Positions 43,488-54,303 of a stretch of 64,000 bases of DNA are shown one piece after another; positions within the stretch are counted from its first letter, which is position 1; each line of letters starts with the position of its first letter. Origin of the DNA: Terriglobia bacterium (GTDB lineage Bacteria; Acidobacteriota; Terriglobia; 20CM-2-55-15); NCBI GenBank assembly GCA_965218585.1, contig CBDCLE010000022.1, positions 96,001-160,000 of the forward strand, in the 5' to 3' direction. A program made the position numbers and the translations under genes. The notes below the pieces were generated by a model. The model was not told the DNA's origin, searched no databases, and worked only from the letters and a program-made list of their open reading frames with translations.

Positions 43488-46400
43488 TCGAGCTGTAGTG
43501 CGTGCCTGGCAGCACGCGTTTCCGGCGGGTTAAAGTCCCGCTCGGCCCGAGGCCACGGGTCGATATCCAATAAGTGGGGGTAATGCCTCACTGGCCGAAG
43601 TGTAGGCGGGTATGCAAATGCCTAAACGGGCACGAAGGCGAAAGCCGGATACGGCCAAGACAGAGCTGGATCCACCTACGGAAACTTTGGAGGGCAGGGC
43701 GCCCACCGCGAGGTGGGGTCTGAAGGGCATGAGGAGAACCACCGGGTCGTAATCGACGGGAGCGATCCCGAGGATGAACCGGTCGGCCAAAGATGGGGAA
43801 TGGTCGAGCCCGCACTATGGGGGCGAAGGCACATTGGTTCCCCCCCATCGCACCAAGGTGTGTGCGGGCGACACGGTGGAGAAGAGACACGAGTGACCCA
43901 GGGAGGCCTGGTATTGTCCGGGCGGAAGGTAAGGTCGAGATGGTGTGGCACCCGCAGACGAAAGGGCGGGCAACGGAGAAGACAAACATCGACCTAGAGC
44001 CCCGCAAGGTAGGTGCGGATATAAGCGAGAGCGAAGTTCCGGCCGACGCGGTGCCAGGAATCGGATCAGGGAATAGTACTCAGGAACGAGACACCGAACA
44101 TAAGATCTCGGATCGTTGCTTCAAGCAGCGGCGCTGGCGGGTTCAAAAGGCCCGTTGGAGGGGGAAGTCCCTGTACTCAGTTGTGATTGTGCGAGCGAGG
44201 GAAAGGCGGAGGTATCGTGACCTTGGACAGTTCCCTTAGTGAAAGACCCAAACGCGATTCGGACGAAGCCGCCGCCCGTCACCACACAGCGACATTGGAA
44301 AGCAAACAGGGAAAGAAGCGAAAGGTCCACTCGCTGATCGACAAGGTGTTTAGTCGCAAGAATCTGGAGTTGGCCTGGGAGAAGGTGAAGCGGAACCGAG
44401 GTAGTGCGGGCATCGACAAGGTGACCGTTGAGCAGTTTGAAACGCGCAAGGAGGAATATCTGGCCTTGTTGCATGGGAGTAACGTAAAAGTTGTGTTTCG
44501 TGATTTCCAGTTGAGAGAGAATGATAGATTCGTCGTCCGGGCTGTGGGAACTGTGCGGACGCCGGAGGTGTTCCAAGGGCCTGTGGAAATCATCAAGAAG
44601 AAGCCGCCGAAGGCGACCGATTCCCCCGATTTCCATAGGCCCGGCAGTTTCCACAGCCCCCGTCGCCCGCTGAAATTGAAGCGGGCTCCAGTTCACGCTG
44701 GAGCCCTAGACCTGAGTCATCAGTTATTCAGTTATGGAGTTGAACCCAATGTCTACAGATCCGAATGAAAGCGTACCATCAGAACAGATTTCTGAATCCA
44801 CAAAAACACAGATCCAGACCCTGCTGGCCTCCGGGCTGGCCGATCTGAGCCTGCGCGAGGTACTGGGGACCCTGTTGTCGGGCCTCAGTGTGGCCGAACG
44901 GGACCTGCATCTTGAACACCGCCCCGACGACCGTCCCAATGGTTTTTACGATCGCTCCCTCCAAGTGGGCAGCGTTCCGATCGATATCCGTGTCCCTCGA
45001 ACCCGTAACGGGGATTTCCGTCCCGCGAACCTACCATCCCCGTATCAGCGCGGCTACCCTGAAGAAGTCGAGTCCATCTTGCTGGGACTGCTGGCCTCAT
45101 CCCGTTCGGTCAATGCGGCCCGGGAGGCGCTTCAGAAGATGGGCCTGTCCGGGTCCCAACAGGATCTGGAACGGGTGGCGTCGGGCCTGATCGAAGAACT
45201 CGATCTTGGCAACAGCCGGCCACTGGACACGGATCTGCTGGCCCTATTCGTGGATGGCAAGTACGTCGAACTCCGCGACGGCGACCGGCTGCGTCCGGCC
45301 TGTATCTACCTGGTGGTGGGTCTAGGCCGCGACGGCAAGAAGCGTGTCCTGGCCTGCATTGCCAAACCCGGCCGCGAGAATCTCGAAGACTGGAAGGGGG
45401 TTCTCCGCTCTCTGATCGAGCGCGGTCTCCGACGCGTCATGATCTTCGTCCAGGACGATTTCTCCGGCCTTCTCAAGGTCAGCGAAGGCTTCTTTCCCAA
45501 TGCTGATATCCAGCTCTGTACCGTCCACATGCAGCGCAATGCTAAGAGCCATCTCTCCAAATCCGACGCCGCCGAGTTTCAGCAACGCTTCCGTGCCATC
45601 AAGTCCTCCTGGTGTGAGGATGTCGGCAACCAAGGGTTCGAGGAACTCTGTGACCGCTTCGCCCAGCACTATCCCTCCTGGATCGCGGGGCTCCGCAAGA
45701 AACGGACTCACTATCTCGCCTTCCTCAAGTATCCCGACCTCATGCGCAAATCGTTTTCCACCACCAACCTCGTCGAGGCCGTCAACGGACAACTGGAAAT
45801 TATGCGCCGCAATTCGGGCGGCTACTTTCACTCCGAAGACACCCTCAAGTTCAAACTCGGCTTGGCCGTCTCTCACCTCCACAACGGCCGTTGGAAATCT
45901 CCGGCCACTTCCATCCATTCCGCTCTTCATCAGCTCAACGCCATGTTCCAATCCCGCTTTGAGGAGGACTTATGATCCCCTCCTCAAACACAACTTTCTT
46001 GACAAGAGCCTGTTGCATCAAAGACTGCGAGATGGCAGTTATCGCCCCAAGCCGGTTAAGCGAGTCGAGATCGGGAAGTCCGACGGAGGAGTGCGAAAGC
46101 TGGGGATACCGGCCGTGATGGATCGGGTATGTCAGCAGGCACTGGTCCAGCGGATGGAACCGATCTTCGAGCCGCTGTTTCTGGACTGCTCATTCGGGTA
46201 TCGCAAGGGGCGTTCGCCTCACGATGCGATGCGGAAAGTATGGGTAGAGCTGGGCGAGGGAGACCTATGGGTAGTTGATGCCGACTTGCGGCAGTTCTTC
46301 GACACGATTGACCAGGAGAAGCTCCTCGACTTAATTGCCGAAGAGATCAGCGACGGCCGAGTACTGGGACTGATCCGGGTCATCCTGGGTTCGGGGGTGT

Positions 46401-47969
46401 TGGACGGAGGTTGCTGGCAACCCACGCGGACGGGAGTTCCCCAAGGGGGAGTGGCCAGTCCGTTGTGGTCAAACATCTTTCTGACGCCGTTTGACCGTGA
46501 GATGACCCGACAAGGTTACAGACTCACACGCTGGGCGGACGACTTCGTGGTGGTCTGCAGGACACCGTCGGAAGCCCGGCAGGCACTCGCATGTGCAGAG
46601 CGGTTTCTCTGGGAGGCACTTGGAGTTCGGCTCCATCCGAAGAAGACGCGGATTGTACACGTCCGACAGGGCTTCGAGTTCTTGGGGTACAAGGTGAAGC
46701 AAGGGAAAGGCCTGCGCCTGTCCGATACACAGAGGCAGGGTCGCGGAATGCATCCCTATAACCTGTACGCCATTCCACGGGAAAAGTCGGTGGAGAGGTT
46801 CCGGACGCAAATCCGACACCTCTCGCGCCGAAAGGCTCCCCTCACGCTGGGCGAAGTCATCGACCAGCTCAACCCAGTGATTCGTGGTTGGGGGAACTAC
46901 TACCGCAAAGCGCGGGTGCGCCGACTCTTTAACCAGTTGGACCGTTGGATCGAGCGCCGTATCCACTCGTTTCTCGCGAAACGGTGGCGCAATACGATGT
47001 GGCGCCGCTATCCGGCACGACGACTGATTCGGGAGTTTGGTTTGGTCCGACTGACGCATCTGATCCCCGGTCTTGTGGACCGGTGACTTCGAGCGAGGAG
47101 CAACTGAGGAAAGCGGCTTGCGGGAAAACTGCACGAGCCGTTTGATTGAGCGGACGGTGGAAGGGCGGCTCTGCCCGACCACTTTCGACTCTACACTGGT
47201 TCTGAACAGGGAAAAAATCCTGGTGGATCTGCTCGTGCGTTCTCTGGAAGGCGACGATCTCGCGATGTTCGGGGCCGCTTCCTCTGTCGAGGCCACGCGT
47301 TTGTTCGAGCAACATCGGCCGGATCTGGTTATCGTTGATCCCGCGGTTCCTGAAGGGTTCGAGTTCATGGATCAGGTCCGGACCGGATTAAAGCCGGCCC
47401 GGATTGTGGCGCTTGTCGATACCGATGAGATCCGTGAACGTGTAGCCGAAGCGGGAGTGGAGCGAACCGTAGAACAATCGGCCGGCCTGGACGGACTGGT
47501 AGATGCGATACGGTCTTCCCTCAGTGGCGGTGTGGCTGTTCAACTCGGCGGGGACAGCACACGGATTCTCGTCGTCGATGACGAGGAGGGAATGAGGACG
47601 ACATTGGTCGATTACCTGGGTAGCTGCGGGTATGCTGCGTTTGGTGCGAGGGACGGCAGAGAGGGAGTCGAGTTTGTCATCGAAGATCCTTCGGTGCGTC
47701 TTGTGTTATTGGATGTAAGCATGCCTCGCATGGGTGGCATTGAGGCGTTGCGACAGATCATGATGCTACCGACCCACCCGGACGTGATCATGATGACGGC
47801 TGTGACAGACAGAGAAATCGCCAAGCAGACTCTGAATGCAGGAGCCTTCGACTACGTCTTAAAGCCCTTTGATCTTGACTCCATGGAATCCTCGATCGTC
47901 GCTTGTCTCAGCTACTCCGACTATCACAAGCGGCCCTGGTGGAAGCGTCTTGTCCGCCGAAGCGCCTGA
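43480..47969 (+). CDS. Double-receiver response regulator interrupted near its start by group II intron copy 1
   Basis: ATG at 43480 overlaps the upstream stop. MSDRAV joins LVLNREKILVDLL at 47196. The second receiver has VVDDE, LLDVSMP and KPF. Confidence 0.78.
44475..46010 (+). mobile_element. IS256-family element B copy 1 (1536 bp), 8-bp duplication TGTTGCAT
   Basis: IR core AAAGTTGTGTTT at both ends; duplication at 44467-44474 and 46011-46018. Confidence 0.93.
44734..45975 (+). CDS. IS256-family transposase B
   Basis: NGFYDR, VPRTR, FVDG, QDD, QLCTVH and TTNLVE motifs. Confidence 0.92.
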   Translation: MELNPMSTDPNESVPSEQISESTKTQIQTLLASGLADLSLREVLGTLLSGLSVAERDLHLEHRPDDRPNGFYDRSLQVGSVPIDIRVPRTRNGDFRPANLPSPYQRGYPEEVESILLGLLASSRSVNAAREALQKMGLSGSQQDLERVASGLIEELDLGNSRPLDTDLLALFVDGKYVELRDGDRLRPACIYLVVGLGRDGKKRVLACIAKPGRENLEDWKGVLRSLIERGLRRVMIFVQDDFSGLLKVSEGFFPNADIQLCTVHMQRNAKSHLSKSDAAEFQQRFRAIKSSWCEDVGNQGFEELCDRFAQHYPSWIAGLRKKRTHYLAFLKYPDLMRKSFSTTNLVEAVNGQLEIMRRNSGGYFHSEDTLKFKLGLAVSHLHNGRWKSPATSIHSALHQLNAMFQSRFEEDL

Positions 47970-48053
47970 GTCACTGTCCTCTTGTTTCCCTTTCGACGCC
48001 TCCAACCCTAATTAATTCAGCCGTTTCACCCGAATCCGCGCTAAATTATCCGG

Positions 48054-49361
48054 ATGAGCAAGAGTATTCGAGTAGGAATTCTCGGTCTGGGCACCGTCGG
48101 GACGGGTGTTGTCCGGATTCTGGAAGGAAATGCGTCTCTGATTGAGCGGCGGATCGGGTCGCCCCTCGAGGTGAAGCGCGTGGCCGTTCAGGACCTCGGC
48201 AAAGAGCGGGGTTTGACTCTTCCGGACGGCGTCTTGACCGCCGACCCCTTCGAAGTTGTGCGTGACCCGGATGTGGATATTGTCGTGGAACTCATCGGCG
48301 GTGAAGAGCTGGCGCGGGAGTTGGCGCTGGCGGCCCTCGCAGGGGGAAAGCACCTGGTGACGGCCAACAAAGCGTTGCTGGCTGAACACGGTGAGGAAAT
48401 CAGGAGGGCAGCGCGAGAGGCCGGAGTCAACCTGGGATTTGAAGCCAGCGTCGCCGGAGGAATACCGGTCATCAAGACGATCCGCGAAGCACTCGCCGCC
48501 AACCGTGTGTTGTCCATCTACGGCATCATCAACGGGACCTCGAATTACATCCTCACGACGATGCGGGAAGAGGAAGGATCGTTCGATGAGGTTCTCGCGG
48601 AAGCTCAGAGACTCGGCTATGCGGAAGCCGATCCGACGTTTGACGTCGGTGGCGTCGATGCAGCCCACAAGCTCGCGATTCTCGTCAATCTGGCTTTCGG
48701 TGTCTCTGCAAAACTCAGCGACATCTACACCGAGGGTATTACCCGAATCAGTCCCATCGATATCGATTTCGGCCGGGAGTTTGGCTACACCTTGAAGTTG
48801 CTCGCGATTGCCAAGGCGACCGATGAGGGGATCGAAGCTCGTGTCCATCCGACGATGGTTCCAGACGCGCATCCGATCGCCCAGGTCGGAGGCGTATATA
48901 ACGCCATCGAAATTGTTGGTGACGCTGTGGGTGACCTGATGCTCTACGGGAAAGGCGCGGGAGGAACGCCGACCGCTAGTGCAGTGGTCAGTGACATTAT
49001 GGATATTTCCCGCGAGATGGGACCTTCCGAAGCGGCACCCTCGCCCTCCCTGTTGCCGCCTGATGGGAGTGAAGGGAGTATCAAGTCCATCGAGTCCATT
49101 TCCAGCCTCTATTACCTGCGCTTCATGGTCGACGATCAGCCGGGCGTCCTCTCGGATATCTCCGGAATTCTCGGCCGCCACAACATCAGTATCGAGTCGG
49201 TTATCCAGAAAGGGCGTGAGACCCGCGGTCCGGTTCCACTGGTCGTGATGACACACATGGCTCTCGAACGTGATGTTCAGGACGCGCTCTCTGAAATCGA
49301 CGAACTCTCGTGTGTTTCGGAAAAAGCCGTTCTGATCCGGGTCGAGGCCGAGAAGAATTAA
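48054..49361 (+). CDS. hom: Homoserine dehydrogenase with ACT domain
   Basis: GLGTVG, VTANK, FEASVAGGIP, GYAEADP, GKGAG and DQPGVL motifs. Confidence 0.96.
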   Translation: MSKSIRVGILGLGTVGTGVVRILEGNASLIERRIGSPLEVKRVAVQDLGKERGLTLPDGVLTADPFEVVRDPDVDIVVELIGGEELARELALAALAGGKHLVTANKALLAEHGEEIRRAAREAGVNLGFEASVAGGIPVIKTIREALAANRVLSIYGIINGTSNYILTTMREEEGSFDEVLAEAQRLGYAEADPTFDVGGVDAAHKLAILVNLAFGVSAKLSDIYTEGITRISPIDIDFGREFGYTLKLLAIAKATDEGIEARVHPTMVPDAHPIAQVGGVYNAIEIVGDAVGDLMLYGKGAGGTPTASAVVSDIMDISREMGPSEAAPSPSLLPPDGSEGSIKSIESISSLYYLRFMVDDQPGVLSDISGILGRHNISIESVIQKGRETRGPVPLVVMTHMALERDVQDALSEIDELSCVSEKAVLIRVEAEKN

Positions 49362-49365
49362 ATTA

Positions 49366-49449
49366 ATTGGGGTCAGAGCCCTATTTCCCCAATTCCACGC
49401 TACATTTATTTCCGTTGAGAAATAGGGGAAATAGGGCTCTGACCCCAAT
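49366..49449. repeat. Perfect 25-bp inverted repeat (GGGGTCAGA-type REP/REPIN-like)
   Basis: ATTGGGGTCAGAGCCCTATTTCCCC (49366-49390) and its exact complement (49425-49449), 34-bp spacer. Confidence 0.85.
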
Positions 49450-49484
49450 AAAAAAAGAGGCCTGGGATTGTCTCCCAGGCCTTT
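49450..49484 (-). terminator. Intrinsic terminator of the pilin-like gene
   Basis: AGGCCTGGGA/TCCCAGGCCT 10-bp stem with a T7 run on the minus strand. Confidence 0.8.
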
Positions 49485-49514
49485 AATGAGCTTGTTTGTA
49501 TTGTTAAAGAAGGA

Positions 49515-50300
49515 TTACTTGATTCTGAAAACGATGTCGTCGCCCAGTACGGTGAAGGCGTCGCCGTCCTGTGCGTCAGAAGTCTCGAGTGACCGGTTGG
49601 GTCCTGCCGAAATAACCATGACGGCGATGTCGGGCAGTCCAGTGAGCCCCAGATCCTGAAAGTGTTTGACGTGCAGTTTGCGGACGTTGATCATATATTT
49701 GTTGCCCCAGGGGTCGGTGCTCGAAAGGGTAGCGACATAAGGTCCGGACCAGCCACGTTGGGGGTCGCCGGCAATCGAGCCTCTCACCGGATAGAATTCG
49801 CTACCCGTGAAATTAAGCCCTCCATCGGAAGTCACCCTGGCAATGTCGTTCGTTACGAGTTGCCCTTCGATGCTGTCATCGGCCGTACCGATCTGATGGC
49901 CAAATCTGTTAGCGCTGTTTGCGTAGTTTGTGCCAGTCGGGATGGTTTCCCACGAAGAGCTGATTGACGTATCGATCGTAGGATACGTTCCGTTCTCTGA
50001 GACAAGGTTGTCGAAGAAAACGTCGCTTGGGCCCGTGTTGTTACCTGCCTGGAACAACGGGAAAAACGAGTTGTCCTTATAGAAGGTAATAACTCCCTGA
50101 CCAATCACTGAAACGTCGGCGATGGCCGCCTGGATCTTGGAGTCGTTGATCGCGTCGATGGCGCTACCGACAGCAACGCCGGCCAGCACAGCGCCAACGG
50201 CCATGGTAGCCGTCGCTTCGATCAACGACGTTGCGACGCCTCGTGTCCCTCTGAGCAGCTTCTTGATCGTTCGCATGATATGTGTTTTCGCGGCTTCCAT
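49515..50300 (-). CDS. Type IV pilin/GspG-like protein with atypical GVATSLIE leader; candidate major pilin
   Basis: RGTRGVATSLIEATATMAVGAVLAGV; GWSGPY, DPWG, SAGPN, GDDIVFRIK; own promoter, AAGGAG SD and terminator. Confidence 0.78.
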   Translation of the reverse strand: MEAAKTHIMRTIKKLLRGTRGVATSLIEATATMAVGAVLAGVAVGSAIDAINDSKIQAAIADVSVIGQGVITFYKDNSFFPLFQAGNNTGPSDVFFDNLVSENGTYPTIDTSISSSWETIPTGTNYANSANRFGHQIGTADDSIEGQLVTNDIARVTSDGGLNFTGSEFYPVRGSIAGDPQRGWSGPYVATLSSTDPWGNKYMINVRKLHVKHFQDLGLTGLPDIAVMVISAGPNRSLETSDAQDGDAFTVLGDDIVFRIK

Positions 50301-50344
50301 GACTCAGCTCCTTCTGCTGATTCTGTTCAGTAAGCCATCATAAG

Positions 50345-50359
50345 GCACGCCGCGTGCCA
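50345..50359 (-). promoter_or_regulatory. Sigma54 (-24/-12) promoter
   Basis: TGGCACG-CGGC-GTGC versus consensus TGGCACG-N4-TTGC, about 45 bp upstream of the ATG. Confidence 0.62.
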
Positions 50360-51612
50360 GACTCTAAGTGACTGAAAACACGACCTTCATGTTTCTATGT
50401 GTCCACCAATTCTGTAGACGGGCCATTCCGGGGTCAACAACTTTGTGAGTATTACTATAGGAATTATAGGATCGGTTCGGCGCAAGATCTGCATCGAGGG
50501 CCCAAACTTTCGCCCGTGTTTTGGGTCAATTTACGGTGAAGAAAAGCCGGTTCGACGTTCCGCCATTTGGATCCGTCACAGCGATCGGGAGCACGCCGGA
50601 AGAGCCGACGAGAATGGAAGGCACGGAAATCACGATCTGCGTGGACGTCACGCTCGTGGGTGTCAGAACGGCTGTACCAAGCAGGACCGTGCTGGCCGAA
50701 GTGAAGTTGGAGCCGGTTAAGGTCATGTTGAACGTGGCACTTCCCGCCGCGATAGACGAGGGCGAAAGCAACGCGATATTCGGGACCGCGTTCGTCTGGG
50801 GAGTAGAACCCACTGTAAATCCAAGAGTTTGACTCGAACCGCCCCCCGGTTGCGCGTTCTCCATGGTCATTGTCCAGGAACCGGAACAGATGACGGTAAA
50901 CTCGAAGACCATCTGGTTGGAATTGAGCAGAGTTCCCGTTTCTCCATCGAAGTCCTCGGGTGTCATACATGCCGGGAGACCGAAGAACGCGGTTGTCGCA
51001 GAGTTGAAATTGGCTCCGTTCACGATCAACAGCGCCTTGAACTTCTGCTCTGTTTCGCCGTCGAGGCGGAAAGGCCTGCCATCTTCGAAAGACGTTGGGG
51101 CAAAACTCAGGGATTCGAGGACCGGAATCGGGTTCACAACCATCAGCGGCAGTGTCTCCGACGGCGGGACTCGAGGAACGACCGGCTCAGGATTCTTGAC
51201 CGTGATGCGCTTGGCCTGGCCGTCGGGTATCGACTTTGCAGGGATCAAGGCTGTCAGCGTCGTGCTGTTGACGAATTCGGTCGCTATCTCCTCGTCTTCA
51301 ATCAGGACAGTCGCACCCTTGACGAAACTGAAGCCGACTACCGTCAGCGCCACTGGTGGTGAACTTTCGTCGGGTCGGGCAATGATCAGGTCGGGAGAGA
51401 TCGACCGAAGTCCGGCGATCGGGTTCAGAACACCGATCGATAGCTCATTCGACGGTCCGGCAGTAGGCGATGGGTTGAGGATGGAAATCGCCAGATTCCC
51501 CGCTGTAGAGTCGAAAGTGGTCGGGCAGAGCCGCCCTTCCACCGTCCGCTCAATCAAACGGCTCGTGCAGTTTTCCCGCAAGCCGCTTTCCTCAGTTGCT
51601 CCTCGCTCGAAG

Positions 51613-52584
51613 TCACCGGTCCACAAGACCGGGGATCAGATGCGTCAGTCGGACCAAACCAAACTCCCGAATCAGTCGTCGTGCCGGATAGCGGCGCCAC
51701 ATCGTATTGCGCCACCGTTTCGCGAGAAACGAGTGGATACGGCGCTCGATCCAACGGTCCAACTGGTTAAAGAGTCGGCGCACCCGCGCTTTGCGGTAGT
51801 AGTTCCCCCAACCACGTGTGAGTCTGTAACCTTGTCGGGTCATCTCACGGTCAAACGGCGTCAGAAAGATGTTTGACCACAACGGACTGGCCACTCCCCC
51901 TTGGGGAACTCCCGTCCGCGTGGGTTGCCAGCAACCTCCGTCCAACACCCCCGAACCCAGGATGACCCGGATCAGTCCCAGTACTCGGCCGTCGCTGATC
52001 TCTTCGGCAATTAAGTCGAGGAGCTTCTCCTGGTCAATCGTGTCGAAGAACTGCCGCAAGTCGGCATCAACTACCCATAGGTCTCCCTCGCCCAGCTCTA
52101 CCCATACTTTCCGCATCGCATCGTGAGGCGAACGCCCCTTGCGATACCCGAATGAGCAGTCCAGAAACAGCGGCTCGAAGATCGGTTCCATCCGCTGGAC
52201 CAGTGCCTGCTGACATACTCGATCCATCACGGCCGGTATCCCCAGCTTTCGCACTCCTCCGTCGGACTTCCCGATCTCGACTCGCTTAACCGGCTTGGGG
52301 CGATAACTGCCATCTCGCAGTCTTTGATGCAACAAGGCCAGATATTCCTCCTTGCGCGTTTCAAACTGCTCAACGGTCACCTTGTCGATGCCCGCACTAC
52401 CTCGGTTCCGCTTCACCTTCTCCCAGGCCAACTCCAGATTCTTGCGACTAAACACCTTGTCGATCAGCGAGTGGACCTTTCGCTTCTTTCCCTGTTTGCT
52501 TTCCAATGTCGCTGTGTGGTGACGGGCGGCGGCTTCGTCCGAATCGCGTTTGGGTCTTTCACTAAGGGAACTGTCCAAGGTCAC
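51613..52584 (-). pseudogene. ltrA: Group II intron RT with an in-frame deletion of the catalytic WADD region
   Basis: Reads YRLTR-GWGNYY; the segment equivalent to 46531-46884 of copy 1 is missing. Confidence 0.9.
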
Positions 52585-53084
52585 GATACCTCCGCCTTTC
52601 CCTCGCTCGCACAATCACAACTGAGTACAGGGACTTCCCCCTCCAACGGGCCTTTTGAACCCGCCAGCGCCGCTGCTTGAAGCAACGATCCGAGACCTTA
52701 TGTTCGGTGTCTCGTTCCTGAGTACTATTCCCTGATCCGATTCCTGGCACCGCGTCGGCCGGAAAGTTGTGTGCGTCAAGTTCTGCAAAAAGTATTTCCA
52801 AAAAATTCAGTTCTTGAGTGTCGATCGCCGTCGGGCCTGTGGGAATGTGGGAATGCTGAGCGTTTTTGGCGAAGCTTTTCCAAGCCTCAGAGGGAATCCG
52901 CGCCTTTTGGCGGATTTCCTCTGAGGCGTCATTTCCATCAGGCCTCTGCGTTTCTTTCTTTTTTGGTTCTTTTTCTTTCTTTCGTCCCCTCGAAAGTTTT
53001 CCACAGCGATTGTTCGCTCCAGGATGCTCTGTAATCGCCGATCGACATCCGAGTCGATCATTGGGTCGGCCCGTTGGGACGCGT

Positions 53085-54287
53085 TTAGGCAGCCGGCGTC
53101 TGACGGTGCCAGTCCCTTTTGTGTTCCTTCAACAGGTCCATGTTCAAGTAGCGGATCGCTTCGATCCAGTTCTCGTGCGTTTCGGTGGTCAGCGCCCGAA
53201 TCAAACGCAGACAGCTGGCTGCGTTGGGGAATATCCGCACCACGCGCGTTCGCCGTTTGATCTCTTCGTTGAGCCGTTCCAGCATATTGGTGGATTTCAT
53301 GTGTTTGTGATGCTGAAGCGGCAGCGTGTAGAAGCTTAGTGTCTCGTCGATATTGTCTTCGACCCAGTCGCAGAGTTTGGAATATTTCTGCCCCCACTTG
53401 CTCAACCATGTCGCCAGGTCCTGCCGCACTTCCTGGAGGTCCCGCCGGTCGTAGAGCCAACGCAGTTCCTGGAGACAATCGTCATCGGCTTTGCGCGGCA
53501 GATAATCCAATGCGTTTCTCAGAAAGTGGACGTAGCAGCGTTGCCAGATCGCTTCGGGCAGGACTTCTGCGATGGCTTTCTTCAACCCGGCATGATCGTC
53601 GGTCACCACGAACTCCACGCCGCACAAGCCGCGTTGTTTCAAACTCAGTAACAGTTCCCGCCAACTGGTCGTGCTTTCCCGTTCCGCCAGTTCCACCGCC
53701 AACACACCGCGCCTCCCGTCCCAGTTGATTCCGATCGCCACCAGAACTGCTCGGCTCCGGATGACCCCGTCTTCGCGCACCTTCTCGTAGCGCGCATCCA
53801 GAATCAGGTACGGGTATTCTTCCTCCAATGCTCGCGTCGCAAACTTTTTCAGCTCCGTGTCCAGTGTCTTATTAATCCGGCTGATCGTGCTGGCCGAAAA
53901 CGAATGCCCGCATAATTCTTCGGTGATGGCCTTGACCTTGCGCGTCGACACGCCCTGCACGTACATCTCCGCCAAGCTGGCCACCAAAGCTTTCTCGCTG
54001 CGTTGGTAGCGTTCAAACACTTCCGTGCTGAACCGCCCGGCCCGGTCCTGCGGCACGCGCAGCTCCAGCTTGCCCACCCGCGTGACCAGGTCCCGCCCGT
54101 AATAGCCACTCCGATATCCGGTCCGCCCCGCCGTTCGTTCACTCTTGGCCGCGGCCATAACCTGCTCCATCTCCCCCTCGAGAATTTCCTGAACCACCTC
54201 CTGCACGACGCTTTTCAGCAGATCCTTTTCCTCTCCTAACAGTTCTTTCCAATCCACTCCCTTTCGCTTAATCTTAGTTCGGGCCAT
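53085..54287 (-). CDS. IS256-family transposase C
   Basis: YRSGYY, VPQDR, ILDA, VTDD, QRCYVHF and STNMLERLNEE motifs. Confidence 0.93.
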   Translation of the reverse strand: MARTKIKRKGVDWKELLGEEKDLLKSVVQEVVQEILEGEMEQVMAAAKSERTAGRTGYRSGYYGRDLVTRVGKLELRVPQDRAGRFSTEVFERYQRSEKALVASLAEMYVQGVSTRKVKAITEELCGHSFSASTISRINKTLDTELKKFATRALEEEYPYLILDARYEKVREDGVIRSRAVLVAIGINWDGRRGVLAVELAERESTTSWRELLLSLKQRGLCGVEFVVTDDHAGLKKAIAEVLPEAIWQRCYVHFLRNALDYLPRKADDDCLQELRWLYDRRDLQEVRQDLATWLSKWGQKYSKLCDWVEDNIDETLSFYTLPLQHHKHMKSTNMLERLNEEIKRRTRVVRIFPNAASCLRLIRALTTETHENWIEAIRYLNMDLLKEHKRDWHRQTPAA

Positions 54288-54303
54288 CGGTTCATCTCCT
54301 TCG

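Larger units (their letters stand above)
44217..47086 (+). pseudogene. ltrA: Group II intron reverse transcriptase/maturase (about 441 aa net, WADD motif, no endonuclease domain), split by an IS
   Basis: GSAGID, RKLGIPAVMDR, GVPQGGVASP, RWADD, FLG and NPVIRGWGNYY motifs; GGAGGT SD before GTG at 44217. Confidence 0.92.
43497..47194 (+). mobile_element. Group II intron copy 1 (2154 nt net), with its RT ORF disrupted by IS256 element B
   Basis: (A)GTGCG 5' end; domain V AAGCGGCTTGCGGGAAAACTGCACGAGCCGTTT; domain VI with a bulged A ending CTCTAC; near-identical inverted copy at 51505-56483. Confidence 0.93.

Noticed and set aside
40002-47086. Diversity-generating retroelement or retron (RT next to duplicated genes)
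   Set aside because: The RT sits inside a full group II intron RNA with domains V and VI. No Avd or msr/msd was seen, and differences between the TMTC copies are not adenine-specific.
45500-47969. ORF-track proteins 45500-47086 (528 aa), 47073-47969 and 50526-51626 as real full-length genes
   Set aside because: Their N-termini are read-through from IS or intron sequence; only the RT, regulator and IPT portions are genuine.
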